From Alphaproteobacteria bacterium (lineage in GTDB: Bacteria; Pseudomonadota; Alphaproteobacteria; UBA828): a stretch of DNA of 64,000 bases. Made by a program: the position numbers and the translations under genes. This document shows positions 24,502 through 33,348 of the stretch, in pieces (position 1 is the first letter of the stretch; each line of letters opens with the position of its first letter). The stretch is taken from the NCBI GenBank assembly GCA_963667785.2, contig CAXXMU010000001.1, positions 736,001 to 800,000 on the forward strand, written 5' to 3'. Under the pieces are notes generated by a model, which saw only the letters and a list, made by a program, of their open reading frames with translations, had not been told where the DNA came from and did no database searches.

Positions 24502-24586
24502 TCTCTCGTCTCCGGAGACCCGCGCCGCCGCCCCGGCGCGCGCCCGGTGCTGCATGCAGTGCCCGAATCGAGCCTCCCTGTGCTAC

Positions 24587-24735
24587 CTAACGCGTGTCCG
24601 TCCTCGACGGACACGCTCAGGCCGCGACCGCGGCTCGCCGCTTATGCGGCGCGCCCGCGCAGGCGCCGGCTGAAGGCCGGCTGCCGTGAGCGACAAAGAG
24701 GCTGGAAGGTTCCGCATCAAGCGGAAACTCTCCAG
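24587..24735 (+). repeat. ~150 bp multi-hairpin intergenic repeat, copy 2
   Basis: CTAACGCGTGTCCGTCCTCGACGGACACGC...GCCGCTTATGCGGCGCGCCCGCGCAGGCGCC...GAGCGACAAAGAGGCTGG...CTCCAG; inverted relative to copy 1. Confidence 0.88.
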
Positions 24736-24786
24736 CGGAAGCAGACGGGTGCCGGTGCGCGCGCCCGGGAGACCAAGGAGGAAGCG

Positions 24787-25245
24787 ATGACGTTTGAGGA
24801 GAAGGTCGAGCGGCTCAGCGCGATCGAGGACATCAAGCAGCTCAAGGCGCGCTACTGCCAGCTCTGCGATGCCGGCTACGACCCCGACGGCATTGCGGCG
24901 ATGTTCGTGGAAGACGGCATCTGGGACGGCGGCGAGAATTTCGGCTGCCATGTCGGGCGCTCGGCGATACACGACTTCTTCTCCGGAATCTCGAACGACA
25001 TCGTCTTCGCCGCGCACCTGGTACTGAACCCGATCATCACGGTGGACGGCGACAGCGCCAACGGCAAGTGGTGGCTGATCATGCCGTGCACGACCGAGCT
25101 CGGCGGCGGGCCGAAGGAGGCGCGCTGGCTGCTCGCGGAATACGACGACGACTATGTCCGGATCGACGGCACCTGGTACTACAAGCACCTGCGCATCGAT
25201 CTGAAGTTCTTCACCCCGCACAAGGACGGCTGGGTCGAGGAGTAG
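24787..25245 (+). CDS. SnoaL/NTF2-like protein (LinA/BaiE-like fold)
   Basis: AAGGAGG RBS; AIEDIKQLKARYC..D, H..LNPII, YDDDYVRIDGTW. Confidence 0.82.
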   Translation: MTFEEKVERLSAIEDIKQLKARYCQLCDAGYDPDGIAAMFVEDGIWDGGENFGCHVGRSAIHDFFSGISNDIVFAAHLVLNPIITVDGDSANGKWWLIMPCTTELGGGPKEARWLLAEYDDDYVRIDGTWYYKHLRIDLKFFTPHKDGWVEE

Positions 25246-25254
25246 CCCCGGCCT

Positions 25255-25487
25255 CCAGAGCACTATCCGATCTTACGGGGTCACAGCGGCTCGAACGACT
25301 CCCACCTCCCCCTGCCCCCTCCTCCCAGGAGGAGGGGGAAAGAAAGCGGCACCGCCCCTTCTCCCTCTCCTCCCCGCCGGGGAGGAGAGGGCCGGGGTGA
25401 GGTGGGGGAAGCTCGGGCGGCACCGCACGAGGACTAGGCACCCCGCGGCAACTCGCTGCGATCATGTCTGAACGAAGAGCGGTCCAG
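25255..25487. mobile_element. Degenerate MITE-like element containing nested palindromic repeats
   Basis: Left end CCAGAGCACTATCCGATC..GGTCACAG resembles the TIR of the 59577 element; the right end (rc CTGGACCGCTCTTCGTTC..GATCGCAG) is a weak inverted match. Confidence 0.45.
25301..25406. repeat. Paired GC-rich palindromic (REP-like) hairpins
   Basis: CCCCCTCCTCC-CA-GGAGGAGGGGG and CCCTCTCCTCCCCG-C-CGGGGAGGAGAGGG, enclosed by CCCACCTC...GAGGTGGG. Confidence 0.7.
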
Positions 25488-25563
25488 ACACGTCATGCCT
25501 GGATACCCGGATCACGTCCGGGCAGGTCCGGGCAAGACGGACTGAGGCGGGGCTAAGCGGCGC

Positions 25564-26628
25564 TCAGGACTGGCGCCTGAGCGCGCCCTCGGCGGTGATG
25601 TCGCTCTTGAACGGCCAGTAGAGCTCGGCGTTCCGCGTGATTCCGCTGCGGCGGAAGATGATGATCAGCATCATCACGACGCCCACCACCACCCAGGTGC
25701 TGCTGGTGGGCAGCGTGAAGCCGTCGTCGCCGAACATGCCCGACTCCAGATTCTTGAGCAGGTCGATCACCACGGTCAGCACCACGACGCCCACCACCGC
25801 GCCCGACAGGCTCTGCATCCCGCCGATCACGAGCATCGCCAGCGTGATGAGAGTCAGGTTGAGGAAGAAGGTGTCGACCGTGAGCATGCCGAGGAAGTGG
25901 CCGAAGAGGCCGCCGGCCATGCCGCAGAAGAAGGCGCTGATGACGAAGGCGAGCAGGCGCTGGCCGATGACATTGACTCCGGCCGCCTTCGCCGCGACCT
26001 CGTCGTCGCGCGAGGCGCGGAGCGCAAGCCCGAATTTCGAGCGCGAATAGAGGAAGGCCGCGAGGATCGTGATCACGGCGTAGACGTAGGCGACCCAGGG
26101 CGTCGTGGTCTGCGGCAGGCCGATCACCGAGCTCGCCCCCGAGGTCCAGGTGCTCCAGCGCAGATAGACCGAATAGATGATCATCAGGAAGGCGAAGGTG
26201 CCGATCGACGCGGCGATCCCCGATAATCGCATCAGTGCAATGCCTGCGATAAAGGCCACGAAGGCGCTGAGCAGCCCCGCGAGGAAGATCGCCAGCACGA
26301 AGTGGTGGCTGTTGCTCAGCAGGTAGTCCGGCAGCCCCGGCATGAACATCTCGCGGGTGTACTCGCAGCAGGTCTGCCAGCCCGTGGCGTAGGCGCCCAC
26401 CATCATGAAGCCGATATGGCCGAAGGACATGATCCCGGAGTTGCCGATGAACATGTAGAGCGCGACGACGATGACGACGCGGATCAGCCCCTCGGTCAGG
26501 GTCCGCGCGAGGATCCGGTCGTCCAGCGCGACCACGATCGCGGTGATGATGAGGAGGCCGACGCAGAGATTGACCAGCGGCCAGAACTGCCGGACCCTCC
26601 GCATGAGCGGCGTCGTGGCGTCGATCAT
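25564..26628 (-). CDS. Branched-chain amino acid-type ABC permease (LivM-like)
   Basis: SGIMSFGH, FGLALRASRDDEVAA, LVIGG; start MIDATT coupled to the upstream stop. Confidence 0.88.
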   Translation of the reverse strand: MIDATTPLMRRVRQFWPLVNLCVGLLIITAIVVALDDRILARTLTEGLIRVVIVVALYMFIGNSGIMSFGHIGFMMVGAYATGWQTCCEYTREMFMPGLPDYLLSNSHHFVLAIFLAGLLSAFVAFIAGIALMRLSGIAASIGTFAFLMIIYSVYLRWSTWTSGASSVIGLPQTTTPWVAYVYAVITILAAFLYSRSKFGLALRASRDDEVAAKAAGVNVIGQRLLAFVISAFFCGMAGGLFGHFLGMLTVDTFFLNLTLITLAMLVIGGMQSLSGAVVGVVVLTVVIDLLKNLESGMFGDDGFTLPTSSTWVVVGVVMMLIIIFRRSGITRNAELYWPFKSDITAEGALRRQS

Positions 26629-27545
26629 CAGACGCGCTCCTTGAACGCCCTGGTCGGCACCAGCCCCTGCGGCCGCGCCAGCAGGATCACCACCACCAGC
26701 CCGAACACGAAGGCGTCGCGGAAGCCCCGCATCCCTTCCGGCAGGATCGCGATGAGCACGGTCGAGAAGATGCCGACCACGTAGCCGCCCACGACCGCGC
26801 CGATCAGGCTGCCCATGCCGCCGATCACCGTGGCGATGAAGGCATAGAGCATCAGGAAGACGCCGCCGCGGAAGTTCAGGATGCCGGTCTGGGTGTGATA
26901 CATCAGCGCCATGATGCCGGCGAGCGCGCCCGAGATGACGAAGGCGAGCGCGATCACCCGGGTCGCGTTGACACCCAGCATCCGCGCCATCCTGAAGTCC
27001 TCGGCCGCGGCCCGCATCTCGACGCCGATGGGCGTGCGCCGGAGGAAGAGCGTGAGCAGGATCAGCAGGATCCAGGTCACCGCCACGATGACGAGCTGCA
27101 GGATCGGCACCTGTATCGTGCCCGAGAGCTGAATCACGCCGGTGAGCTCCGACCACAGGTTCACCGCCTTCGGCCGCCCGCCGTAAATCATGATGATCAG
27201 GTTCTGGATCGAGAAGCTGAGCGCCACCGAAGCGATCATGAGAACGGCGGGCGGCGCCGTCTGGATATGCCGGAAGAGGAGGAAGTAGGAGGCGAGCGCC
27301 CAGACGACCACCACGCCGACGACGCAGATGATGAGCGCCACCGGGTGGAAGTCGAGGATCAGCGGAACCGCAACCACCGCCGTCGCGGGCACGATCAGCG
27401 AGAACCCGCCCACCGTGATGAAGTCGCCGTGGGCGAAGTTGATGAGCCTGAGCACGCCGAAGAGGAGCCCGATGCCGAGCGCGCCCAGTGCGTAGAAGCT
27501 GCCGAGGCTCAGGCTCGAGATGATGGTCTGGACAACGACTTCCAT
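26628..27545 (-). CDS. Branched-chain amino acid-type ABC permease (LivH-like)
   Basis: FGVLRLINFAHG, MRAAAED, IGGMGS. Confidence 0.9.
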   Translation of the reverse strand: MEVVVQTIISSLSLGSFYALGALGIGLLFGVLRLINFAHGDFITVGGFSLIVPATAVVAVPLILDFHPVALIICVVGVVVVWALASYFLLFRHIQTAPPAVLMIASVALSFSIQNLIIMIYGGRPKAVNLWSELTGVIQLSGTIQVPILQLVIVAVTWILLILLTLFLRRTPIGVEMRAAAEDFRMARMLGVNATRVIALAFVISGALAGIMALMYHTQTGILNFRGGVFLMLYAFIATVIGGMGSLIGAVVGGYVVGIFSTVLIAILPEGMRGFRDAFVFGLVVVILLARPQGLVPTRAFKERV

Positions 27546-28300
27546 CAGAACGTCGCCTCGCCGGCGTGATCCACCCCCTTGGTGAAGCCGAAGTAGGCCT
27601 GGCGCACCCGCTCGCCGTCCTGCAGCTCGGCTGCATCTCCCTGGAGCTGGATCTCGCCGCTGCGCAGCACGTAGATGCGGTCGGCCGCCTTGAGCGCGCG
27701 CTCGGAGCTCTGCTCGACGATGAGCAGCGTGAGTCCCCGCGACTCCCTCAGCTCCAGCAGGACCTCGTAGACCCGGTCCACCAGGTTGGGCGCGAGCCCG
27801 AGCGAGGGCTCGTCGATGGTCATGATGCGCGGGTTGGTCAGCAGCGCCCGGCCGATCACCAGCATCTGCTGCTCGCCGCCGGAGAGCTTGCCCGCCGCAC
27901 CCTTGCGGCGCTCCGCCAGCACCGGGAAGAGTTCCAGCACGCGCTTGAAGTCGGCCTCGATCTCTCCCCGGTCGCGGCGCATCCGGGTGCCGAGACGCAG
28001 GTTCTCCTCGACGCTGAGCGTTGTGAAGACGTGGCGGCCCTCCGGCACCTGCGAGATGCCCTTGCGCGCCACCGCCTCGGGTGTGAGGCCGATGACCGAC
28101 TCGCCATCGAAGGTGATCGTGCCCTGGGAGGGGCGGAGCACGCCGGAGATGGTGAGCAGCGTCGTCGACTTGCCGGCACCGTTGGGGCCGACGACGCAGA
28201 CGATCTCGCCTTCGGCCACGCCGATCGAGACGCCGCGCACCGCCGGCACCCGGCCGTAGTGCACATGGATATCTTCGACGGCGAGCAGCATCCGCGTCAC
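27545..28300 (-). CDS. ABC ATPase (LivF-like); start at 28300 (GTG) or 28291 (ATG)
   Basis: GPNGAGKST, VPEGR, LSGGEQQML, DEPSLGLAP. Confidence 0.9.
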   Translation of the reverse strand: MTRMLLAVEDIHVHYGRVPAVRGVSIGVAEGEIVCVVGPNGAGKSTTLLTISGVLRPSQGTITFDGESVIGLTPEAVARKGISQVPEGRHVFTTLSVEENLRLGTRMRRDRGEIEADFKRVLELFPVLAERRKGAAGKLSGGEQQMLVIGRALLTNPRIMTIDEPSLGLAPNLVDRVYEVLLELRESRGLTLLIVEQSSERALKAADRIYVLRSGEIQLQGDAAELQDGERVRQAYFGFTKGVDHAGEATF

Positions 28301-29052
28301 TCGTGGCCGAGATAGGCGGCGATGACCGCCTCGTTGCTCTGCACCTCGGCCGGCGTTCCGCGCGCGATGGTCCGTCCGCTGTCCAGCACGTGGATGCGCT
28401 CGCAGACGCCCATGATGACCCGCATGTTGTGCTCGATCAGCAGCACGCCGCAGCCGAAGCGCTCCGGAATCTCGCGCACCAGATGCATCACGTCGTCGCA
28501 TTCGAGGTCGGACATGCCGGCCGCCGGCTCGTCCAGCAGGACGAAGGCCGGGTTCACGGCGAGCGCGCGCGCGATGCCGACGCGGCGCTCGTCGGTGTAG
28601 GGCAACACGCCGGCAGGATCGCCCGCCTGATCGGCGAGGCCGATCCACTCCAGGATCTCCATCGCCTGCGCGTGCGCCTTGCGGCGCGAGAGGCCCAGGC
28701 TCACCGCGGCGACCTCGACGTTCTCGCTCACCGGCATGTCGCGGAAGAGCCGCCCGGCCTGGAAGGTGCGCGCCACGCCGTGGCGCCGAATCCAGTGGGG
28801 CGTCAGCCTTGAGATCACCTTGCCGCCGAGCAGGACCTCGCCGGAGGCGGGCACCTGGAATCCGGTCATGGCATTGACAAGCGTCGTCTTGCCGGCGCCG
28901 TTGGGGCCGATCAGACCCAGGATCTCGCCCTGGTGCAGCATCTCGTTGACGCTGTCCACGGCGGTGAGCCCCTCGAATCGGACGGTCACCTCGCGCGCCT
29001 CGAGCGTCGCGCCGTTCTGCCGCTCGGTCCCTGAACCGGCGTCGTTCGACAC
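28297..29052 (-). CDS. ABC ATPase (LivG-like)
   Basis: GPNGAGKTT, ARTFQ, LDEPAAG, IEHNM, AYLG; GTG start inferred. Confidence 0.88.
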   Translation of the reverse strand: MSNDAGSGTERQNGATLEAREVTVRFEGLTAVDSVNEMLHQGEILGLIGPNGAGKTTLVNAMTGFQVPASGEVLLGGKVISRLTPHWIRRHGVARTFQAGRLFRDMPVSENVEVAAVSLGLSRRKAHAQAMEILEWIGLADQAGDPAGVLPYTDERRVGIARALAVNPAFVLLDEPAAGMSDLECDDVMHLVREIPERFGCGVLLIEHNMRVIMGVCERIHVLDSGRTIARGTPAEVQSNEAVIAAYLGHE

Positions 29053-29329
29053 CAGCAATCCCCCGCCGTTCGATCCGGTTTCGCACGCCGTCCGGGTGAC
29101 GACCCGGCCGCACGGGGTCCCGCGCAGCCACAGCACCCCCGTTAGCTACCGAACGCCGGGATGTGAATCAACGGGGAATTCGCCCCTCGGGCCCCATCGC
29201 GCCGGCGAACGGTCGTTCGATCGGGCTTGCAAATGCCGCCTCCCCGTTGACAATGCGCGATCGGACGGCGTTCCGGGCTTGTCCGGGCGCCTGCACCCGC
29301 TACTTGGACTGCAAAGGGAGGTCAGTCGG

Positions 29330-30547
29330 ATGAAGAAGTTCGTTTCACTTGCCGCGGCCGGCGCGCTGGCGCTGGGCGCGCTATCGGCCGCGCCGGCGGC
29401 GGCGGACGATCACGAGGTCGTCTTCGGCTTCGCCGCGTCCTATTCCGGCTGGATGCAGGCCTACAGCGGGCCGTCGACCAATGCCGCGCTGATCGCCATC
29501 GACGACTGGAATGCCAAGGGCGGCCTCCTGGGCAAGCAGATCAGGCCGGTCTTCGCGGACGCCAAGACCGACCGGGCCGAGGGAGCCAAGGCCGGGATCT
29601 CGGTGATCAACGACGGCGCCGTCGCCATGGCAGTGGACTGCGACTACGACTTCGGCGCGCCCGCCGCGCTGCAGGCGCAGAACGCCGGCCTCATCTCGAT
29701 CTTCCTGTGTGCGGAGAGCGTGCTCGCCGGCATCCAGGGGATCGGCAAGTACTCCTTCTCGAGCTCGATCCTCGCCGCCGTGCAGGGCGCGACCATCGCC
29801 GAGTGGGGCTACAAGGTGAAGGGCTGGCGGACCGCCTATCTGCTGCTCGATGACGTGCTCGAGTACAACAAGGGCATCTGTTACGGCTTCGACTGGATGT
29901 GGCGCGAGGTGCTCGGCGGCGAGGTCGTCGGCCACGACGTGTACCAGAACGAGGATCCCAGCATCCAGGCGCAGGTCGACCGCATCCGGGCGCTGCCCGA
30001 GGAGCCCGACATCATCGAGAACTGCAGCTACATCCCCGGCGGGGCGAGCGCGATCAAGCAGATCCGCGCGGCCGGCATCAACGCACCCATCGGCGGCGGC
30101 AGCTCCATGACCGGGGTCTATTGGCAGGATTCGGTGCCGGGCCTCTCCGGTCACTTCGTGCCCGAGCAGGCCTCGATCTACGGTGACGATCCGCGCCCGG
30201 CGGTGCAGGAGTTCCTCAAGAAGTACGAGGCCAAGTTCGGCGAGCCGGTGAACAACCAGTACGCCTTCCCCGGCTACGTGGTGTTCGAGATGTGGGCCAA
30301 GGCCGTGGAAAAGGCCGGCACTTTCGATTCGGATGCCGTGGTCGAGGTGCTGGAGAGCTTCCGCGAGGAGCCGGTGCTGGTGGGCACGCGGACCTTCACG
30401 GACCAGCTCCACCACCAGAACTTCGCGCCCTATCTCATCATCGAGACCACCAACAACCAGCCGGCGGTCGTCGACTCCTGGACCATCTCGGAGCCGGTGC
30501 CGATGGATGTGCTGTTCGGCAAGCGTTACGAGTACATCGCCCGCTGA
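29330..30547 (+). CDS. ABC substrate-binding protein (LivK/type I periplasmic family)
   Basis: GGGAGG RBS; signal peptide MKKFVSLAAAG; NAKGGLLGKQI; divergent from the permease/ATPase genes. Confidence 0.88.
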   Translation: MKKFVSLAAAGALALGALSAAPAAADDHEVVFGFAASYSGWMQAYSGPSTNAALIAIDDWNAKGGLLGKQIRPVFADAKTDRAEGAKAGISVINDGAVAMAVDCDYDFGAPAALQAQNAGLISIFLCAESVLAGIQGIGKYSFSSSILAAVQGATIAEWGYKVKGWRTAYLLLDDVLEYNKGICYGFDWMWREVLGGEVVGHDVYQNEDPSIQAQVDRIRALPEEPDIIENCSYIPGGASAIKQIRAAGINAPIGGGSSMTGVYWQDSVPGLSGHFVPEQASIYGDDPRPAVQEFLKKYEAKFGEPVNNQYAFPGYVVFEMWAKAVEKAGTFDSDAVVEVLESFREEPVLVGTRTFTDQLHHQNFAPYLIIETTNNQPAVVDSWTISEPVPMDVLFGKRYEYIAR

Positions 30548-30642
30548 CCGGGCGTGGAAGCAAGCGCCCGCTAGTCGGGCGTAACGACGGGAGGGGGCTG
30601 GGGCGCCAGCGTCCCGGCCTCGCCCTTCAGCGTTGAGACCAG

Positions 30643-30676
30643 CGCCCCGTCCGGGCAACCGGGCGGGGCGTTTTTC
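30643..30676 (+). terminator. Rho-independent terminator after the SBP gene
   Basis: CGCCCCGTCCGG-GCAA-CCGGGCGGGGCG-TTTTT. Confidence 0.8.
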
Positions 30677-30679
30677 TGG
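30655..30679 (+). repeat. 25-bp direct repeat, left copy (flanks the EEP gene)
   Basis: GCAACCGGGCGGGGCGTTTTTCTGG; 24/25 identical to 31663-31687. Confidence 0.85.
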
Positions 30680-30694
30680 CGATATCGAGTCAAC

Positions 30695-31549
30695 TCATCC
30701 GACGTCGACCTCGATCAGCAGGCGGCAATGGTCGCTTGGGCCCCATTCGTCCGCTCTGTTGAGGGCGCGCACCGTCACCCGTTCGTGGAACCCGCGCGAG
30801 GCGATGGCGTAGTCGAACTGGCGGTTGGCCTGTTCCGGCTTGTGCCCGCTCCATACCCACGTCGGCACGTTCTTCGTGTCGGGCGGCACGTCGGGCTGCG
30901 GCCCGGACGGCTGCCAACCATCAGGCGCTTGCGGGCCCAGGAACTCCAGGCCGAGCGCCGCCATCCGGTCCCAAGCAGCCTTCTCGCGCTCGGGCAGCGC
31001 CAGGGTGTTGCCCGTCGCGCCGTAGATCATGTTGAGATCGCCCGCCGCGAGGATGCGGTGCCTGGACGGGTCCTCGTGGCCAATGAAGGCCGAGATATCG
31101 GAGAGGATGCGATGCACCGACACGTCGGAGGCGCCGACGCCCCAAGATGTGCCTGTCGACGGGTGAGGCTTCATGTACCGCGCATACATGGAGATCGCGA
31201 TGAACCCGTCGTCCGCCGGCCGGCCACGCGGCGTCACCCTGGCGGCGGCAATGGTCCCGATGCCGCTCACGGCGATGTCGCTCTCGCCCAGCTCGCTGAT
31301 CGGCGGGACCTGGCGGAAGCTCTCGACCTCGACCCGGTCGGAGAGCCGCACCACGAGCGGCCAGCGGTCAAAGAGCTGCCGGCTCCAGAATACGTTGTCC
31401 TCGTAGTGAAGCGCATGCACCAGGTCGCCGGGTGGGCTTCCGGCCTCCTGCAGAAGCGCAACGTCGACCTCGCCCCGGCGCGCCATCTCCGCCAGCTTGC
31501 GCCACGGCGGCCAGCGCTTGGCGATATTCCAGCTCACAACCCTGATCAC
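30695..31549 (-). CDS. Endonuclease/exonuclease/phosphatase (EEP) family protein
   Basis: VSWNI, LLQE, AGDLN, FDY, GPSDH catalytic motifs; GAGGAGG RBS. Confidence 0.87.
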   Translation of the reverse strand: MIRVVSWNIAKRWPPWRKLAEMARRGEVDVALLQEAGSPPGDLVHALHYEDNVFWSRQLFDRWPLVVRLSDRVEVESFRQVPPISELGESDIAVSGIGTIAAARVTPRGRPADDGFIAISMYARYMKPHPSTGTSWGVGASDVSVHRILSDISAFIGHEDPSRHRILAAGDLNMIYGATGNTLALPEREKAAWDRMAALGLEFLGPQAPDGWQPSGPQPDVPPDTKNVPTWVWSGHKPEQANRQFDYAIASRGFHERVTVRALNRADEWGPSDHCRLLIEVDVG

Positions 31550-31662
31550 TCAGTTCTTCCTCCTCTTCGGTTGCCAACGACGACCCAGCTCCTACCGCAA
31601 GAGGGCCGCCGCAGACGCGCCGCCGCTTCGTCTTTGCACACTGCTGCCACCGCGTGTTCGCC

Positions 31663-31687
31663 GCAACCGGGCGGGGCATTTTTCTGG
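31663..31687 (+). repeat. 25-bp direct repeat, right copy
   Basis: GCAACCGGGCGGGGCATTTTTCTGG. Confidence 0.85.
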
Positions 31688-31787
31688 TAGGCCGCCGCCC
31701 CGCCGACACACCCCGAGGCATGCAGTTGTCACCCCTCTAGCGCTTTGCGATGATCGGAGCGGGCCGGGCGGCTCGGGGACTGGTGCG

Positions 31788-32369
31788 ATGGATTCTGGCG
31801 AAGAGCGCGGTGCGGGGCCCTATCTCGAAGGGCAGTTGCTCGTCGCCATGCCGACGATGGCCGATCAGCGGTTCGCGCGGAGCGTGATCTATCTCTGCGA
31901 TCACTCGGACCACGGCGCGATGGGCCTCGTCGTCAACAAGGTTCTTGAATCGCTCACCTTCTCGGACCTGCTCAAGCAGCTCGAGATCGAGGCCGAGACC
32001 GTCGACGAGCGCATCAGGGTCCATTTCGGCGGCCCGGTCGAGTCCGCGCGCGGCTTCGTCCTCCACTCCGCCGACTACACCCACGAAGCCACGCTGCGGG
32101 TCGGCGACGGGTTCGCGCTCACCGCCACCATCGACGTGCTGAAGGCCATGGCCGAGGGCCGCGGCCCGAGGCTCAGCATGCTGGCGCTGGGCTACGCCGG
32201 CTGGGCGCCGGGCCAGCTCGACCGCGAGATCCAGGAGAACGGCTGGCTCACCGTGCCGGCCGACGAGGAGCTGGTCTTCGACGTGGCCCAGGACGGCAAG
32301 TGGGAACGCGCCGTCGGCCGCCTCGGCATCGACCCCGGCAATCTCTCGGGCGTGGCCGGCCGGGCTTAG
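31788..32369 (+). CDS. YqgE/AlgH family protein
   Basis: LLVAMP, FARSVIY, GGPV, GYAGW..GQL..E. Confidence 0.93.
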   Translation: MDSGEERGAGPYLEGQLLVAMPTMADQRFARSVIYLCDHSDHGAMGLVVNKVLESLTFSDLLKQLEIEAETVDERIRVHFGGPVESARGFVLHSADYTHEATLRVGDGFALTATIDVLKAMAEGRGPRLSMLALGYAGWAPGQLDREIQENGWLTVPADEELVFDVAQDGKWERAVGRLGIDPGNLSGVAGRA

Positions 32370-32396
32370 CCTCTTTCTCGCTCACGGCAGCCGGCC
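32366..32396 (-). repeat. Partial third copy of the ~150 bp repeat; overlaps the yqgE stop codon
   Basis: TTAGCCTCTTTCTCGCTCACGGCAGCCGGCC vs rc of copy 2 CCAGCCTCTTTGTCGCTCACGGCAGCCGGCC. Confidence 0.75.
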
Positions 32397-32431
32397 GTCC
32401 CGCGATTCCGCGCACCTGCCGACGTGTCTCC

Positions 32432-33043
32432 CTACCCCCGGTCCTCCTTCCCGGCCGCGACCCGCTCGCGCGGCGAGAGCGCCGCATAGAGCAGGTGGTC
32501 GCGCCAGGAGCCGGCGATCTTCAGGTAGGCGCGGGCGTATCCCTCGCAGCGAAACCCGCTCTTCTCCAGCAGCGTCCGGCTCGCGACGTTCGCCGGCATG
32601 CACGCGGCCTCGACCCGGTGCAGGCCGAGCGGCCCGAAGCAATGGCCGAGCAGGCCCTTGAGCGCCTCGCTCATGTGGCCCTGGCCGGCATGGGGCCGGC
32701 CGATCCAGTAGCCGACGCTGCAGGACTGCGCCGCGCCGCGCTGCACGTTGCTCAGCGTCATGCCCCCCAGCAGCGCATGGTTCGAGCGGCGGAAGAGGAA
32801 GAAGGCGTAGCCGACATCCTCCTGCCCGTCCCGCAACTGGCGGCGGATGCGCCGGCGGAAGGCGCTGCGGGTGAGGGCGTCGCTCTGCCAGGTCGGCTCC
32901 CAGGGGCTGAGGAACTCGCGCGAGAGCGCCCGGAGCTCCGCCCACTGCCGCCAGTCGCGCATCTGCGGCGGCCTGAGGTAGAGCGAGCGCGTCTCCAGCG
33001 TCGCCTCGCGTGCGGAATCGTGGGCCGGGCGGAGGAAGGCCAT
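32432..33043 (-). CDS. RimJ-like GNAT N-acetyltransferase
   Basis: FLSPWEPTW, VGYWIG, LHRVEAAC..N..S, YLKIAG.WRDH. Confidence 0.88.
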   Translation of the reverse strand: MAFLRPAHDSAREATLETRSLYLRPPQMRDWRQWAELRALSREFLSPWEPTWQSDALTRSAFRRRIRRQLRDGQEDVGYAFFLFRRSNHALLGGMTLSNVQRGAAQSCSVGYWIGRPHAGQGHMSEALKGLLGHCFGPLGLHRVEAACMPANVASRTLLEKSGFRCEGYARAYLKIAGSWRDHLLYAALSPRERVAAGKEDRG

Positions 33044-33348
33044 CAGCCGGGCACCCTGATCCTGAAGGCGTAGGTGCCGGCCTCCTCCCGCCAGCCGAGC
33101 AGCGCGAAGGGCGTGGTCTCGCAGAAGTGTCTGAAGTCGATGACCGCCGCCGGGTCGGTCGCCAGCACCGCGAGCGTCGCCCCCGGCGCGAGCCGCTTCA
33201 GCACTTTGCGCGCCTTGAGCACCGGCAGCGGGCACATCAGGCCGCGCACGTCGAGCACCTCGTCCGCATCCTCGACTCCGCCCTCTGGCGCGCCCTCGGG
33301 CGGGGCCTGCGTCCGGGCCTCAGGCGAAGCGGGCGGTGATCGCGTCAT
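33043..33348 (-). CDS. tusA: TusA/SirA-family sulfurtransferase
   Basis: LDVRGLMCPLPVLKARK, ATDP; start uncertain. Confidence 0.82.
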   Translation of the reverse strand: MTRSPPASPEARTQAPPEGAPEGGVEDADEVLDVRGLMCPLPVLKARKVLKRLAPGATLAVLATDPAAVIDFRHFCETTPFALLGWREEAGTYAFRIRVPG

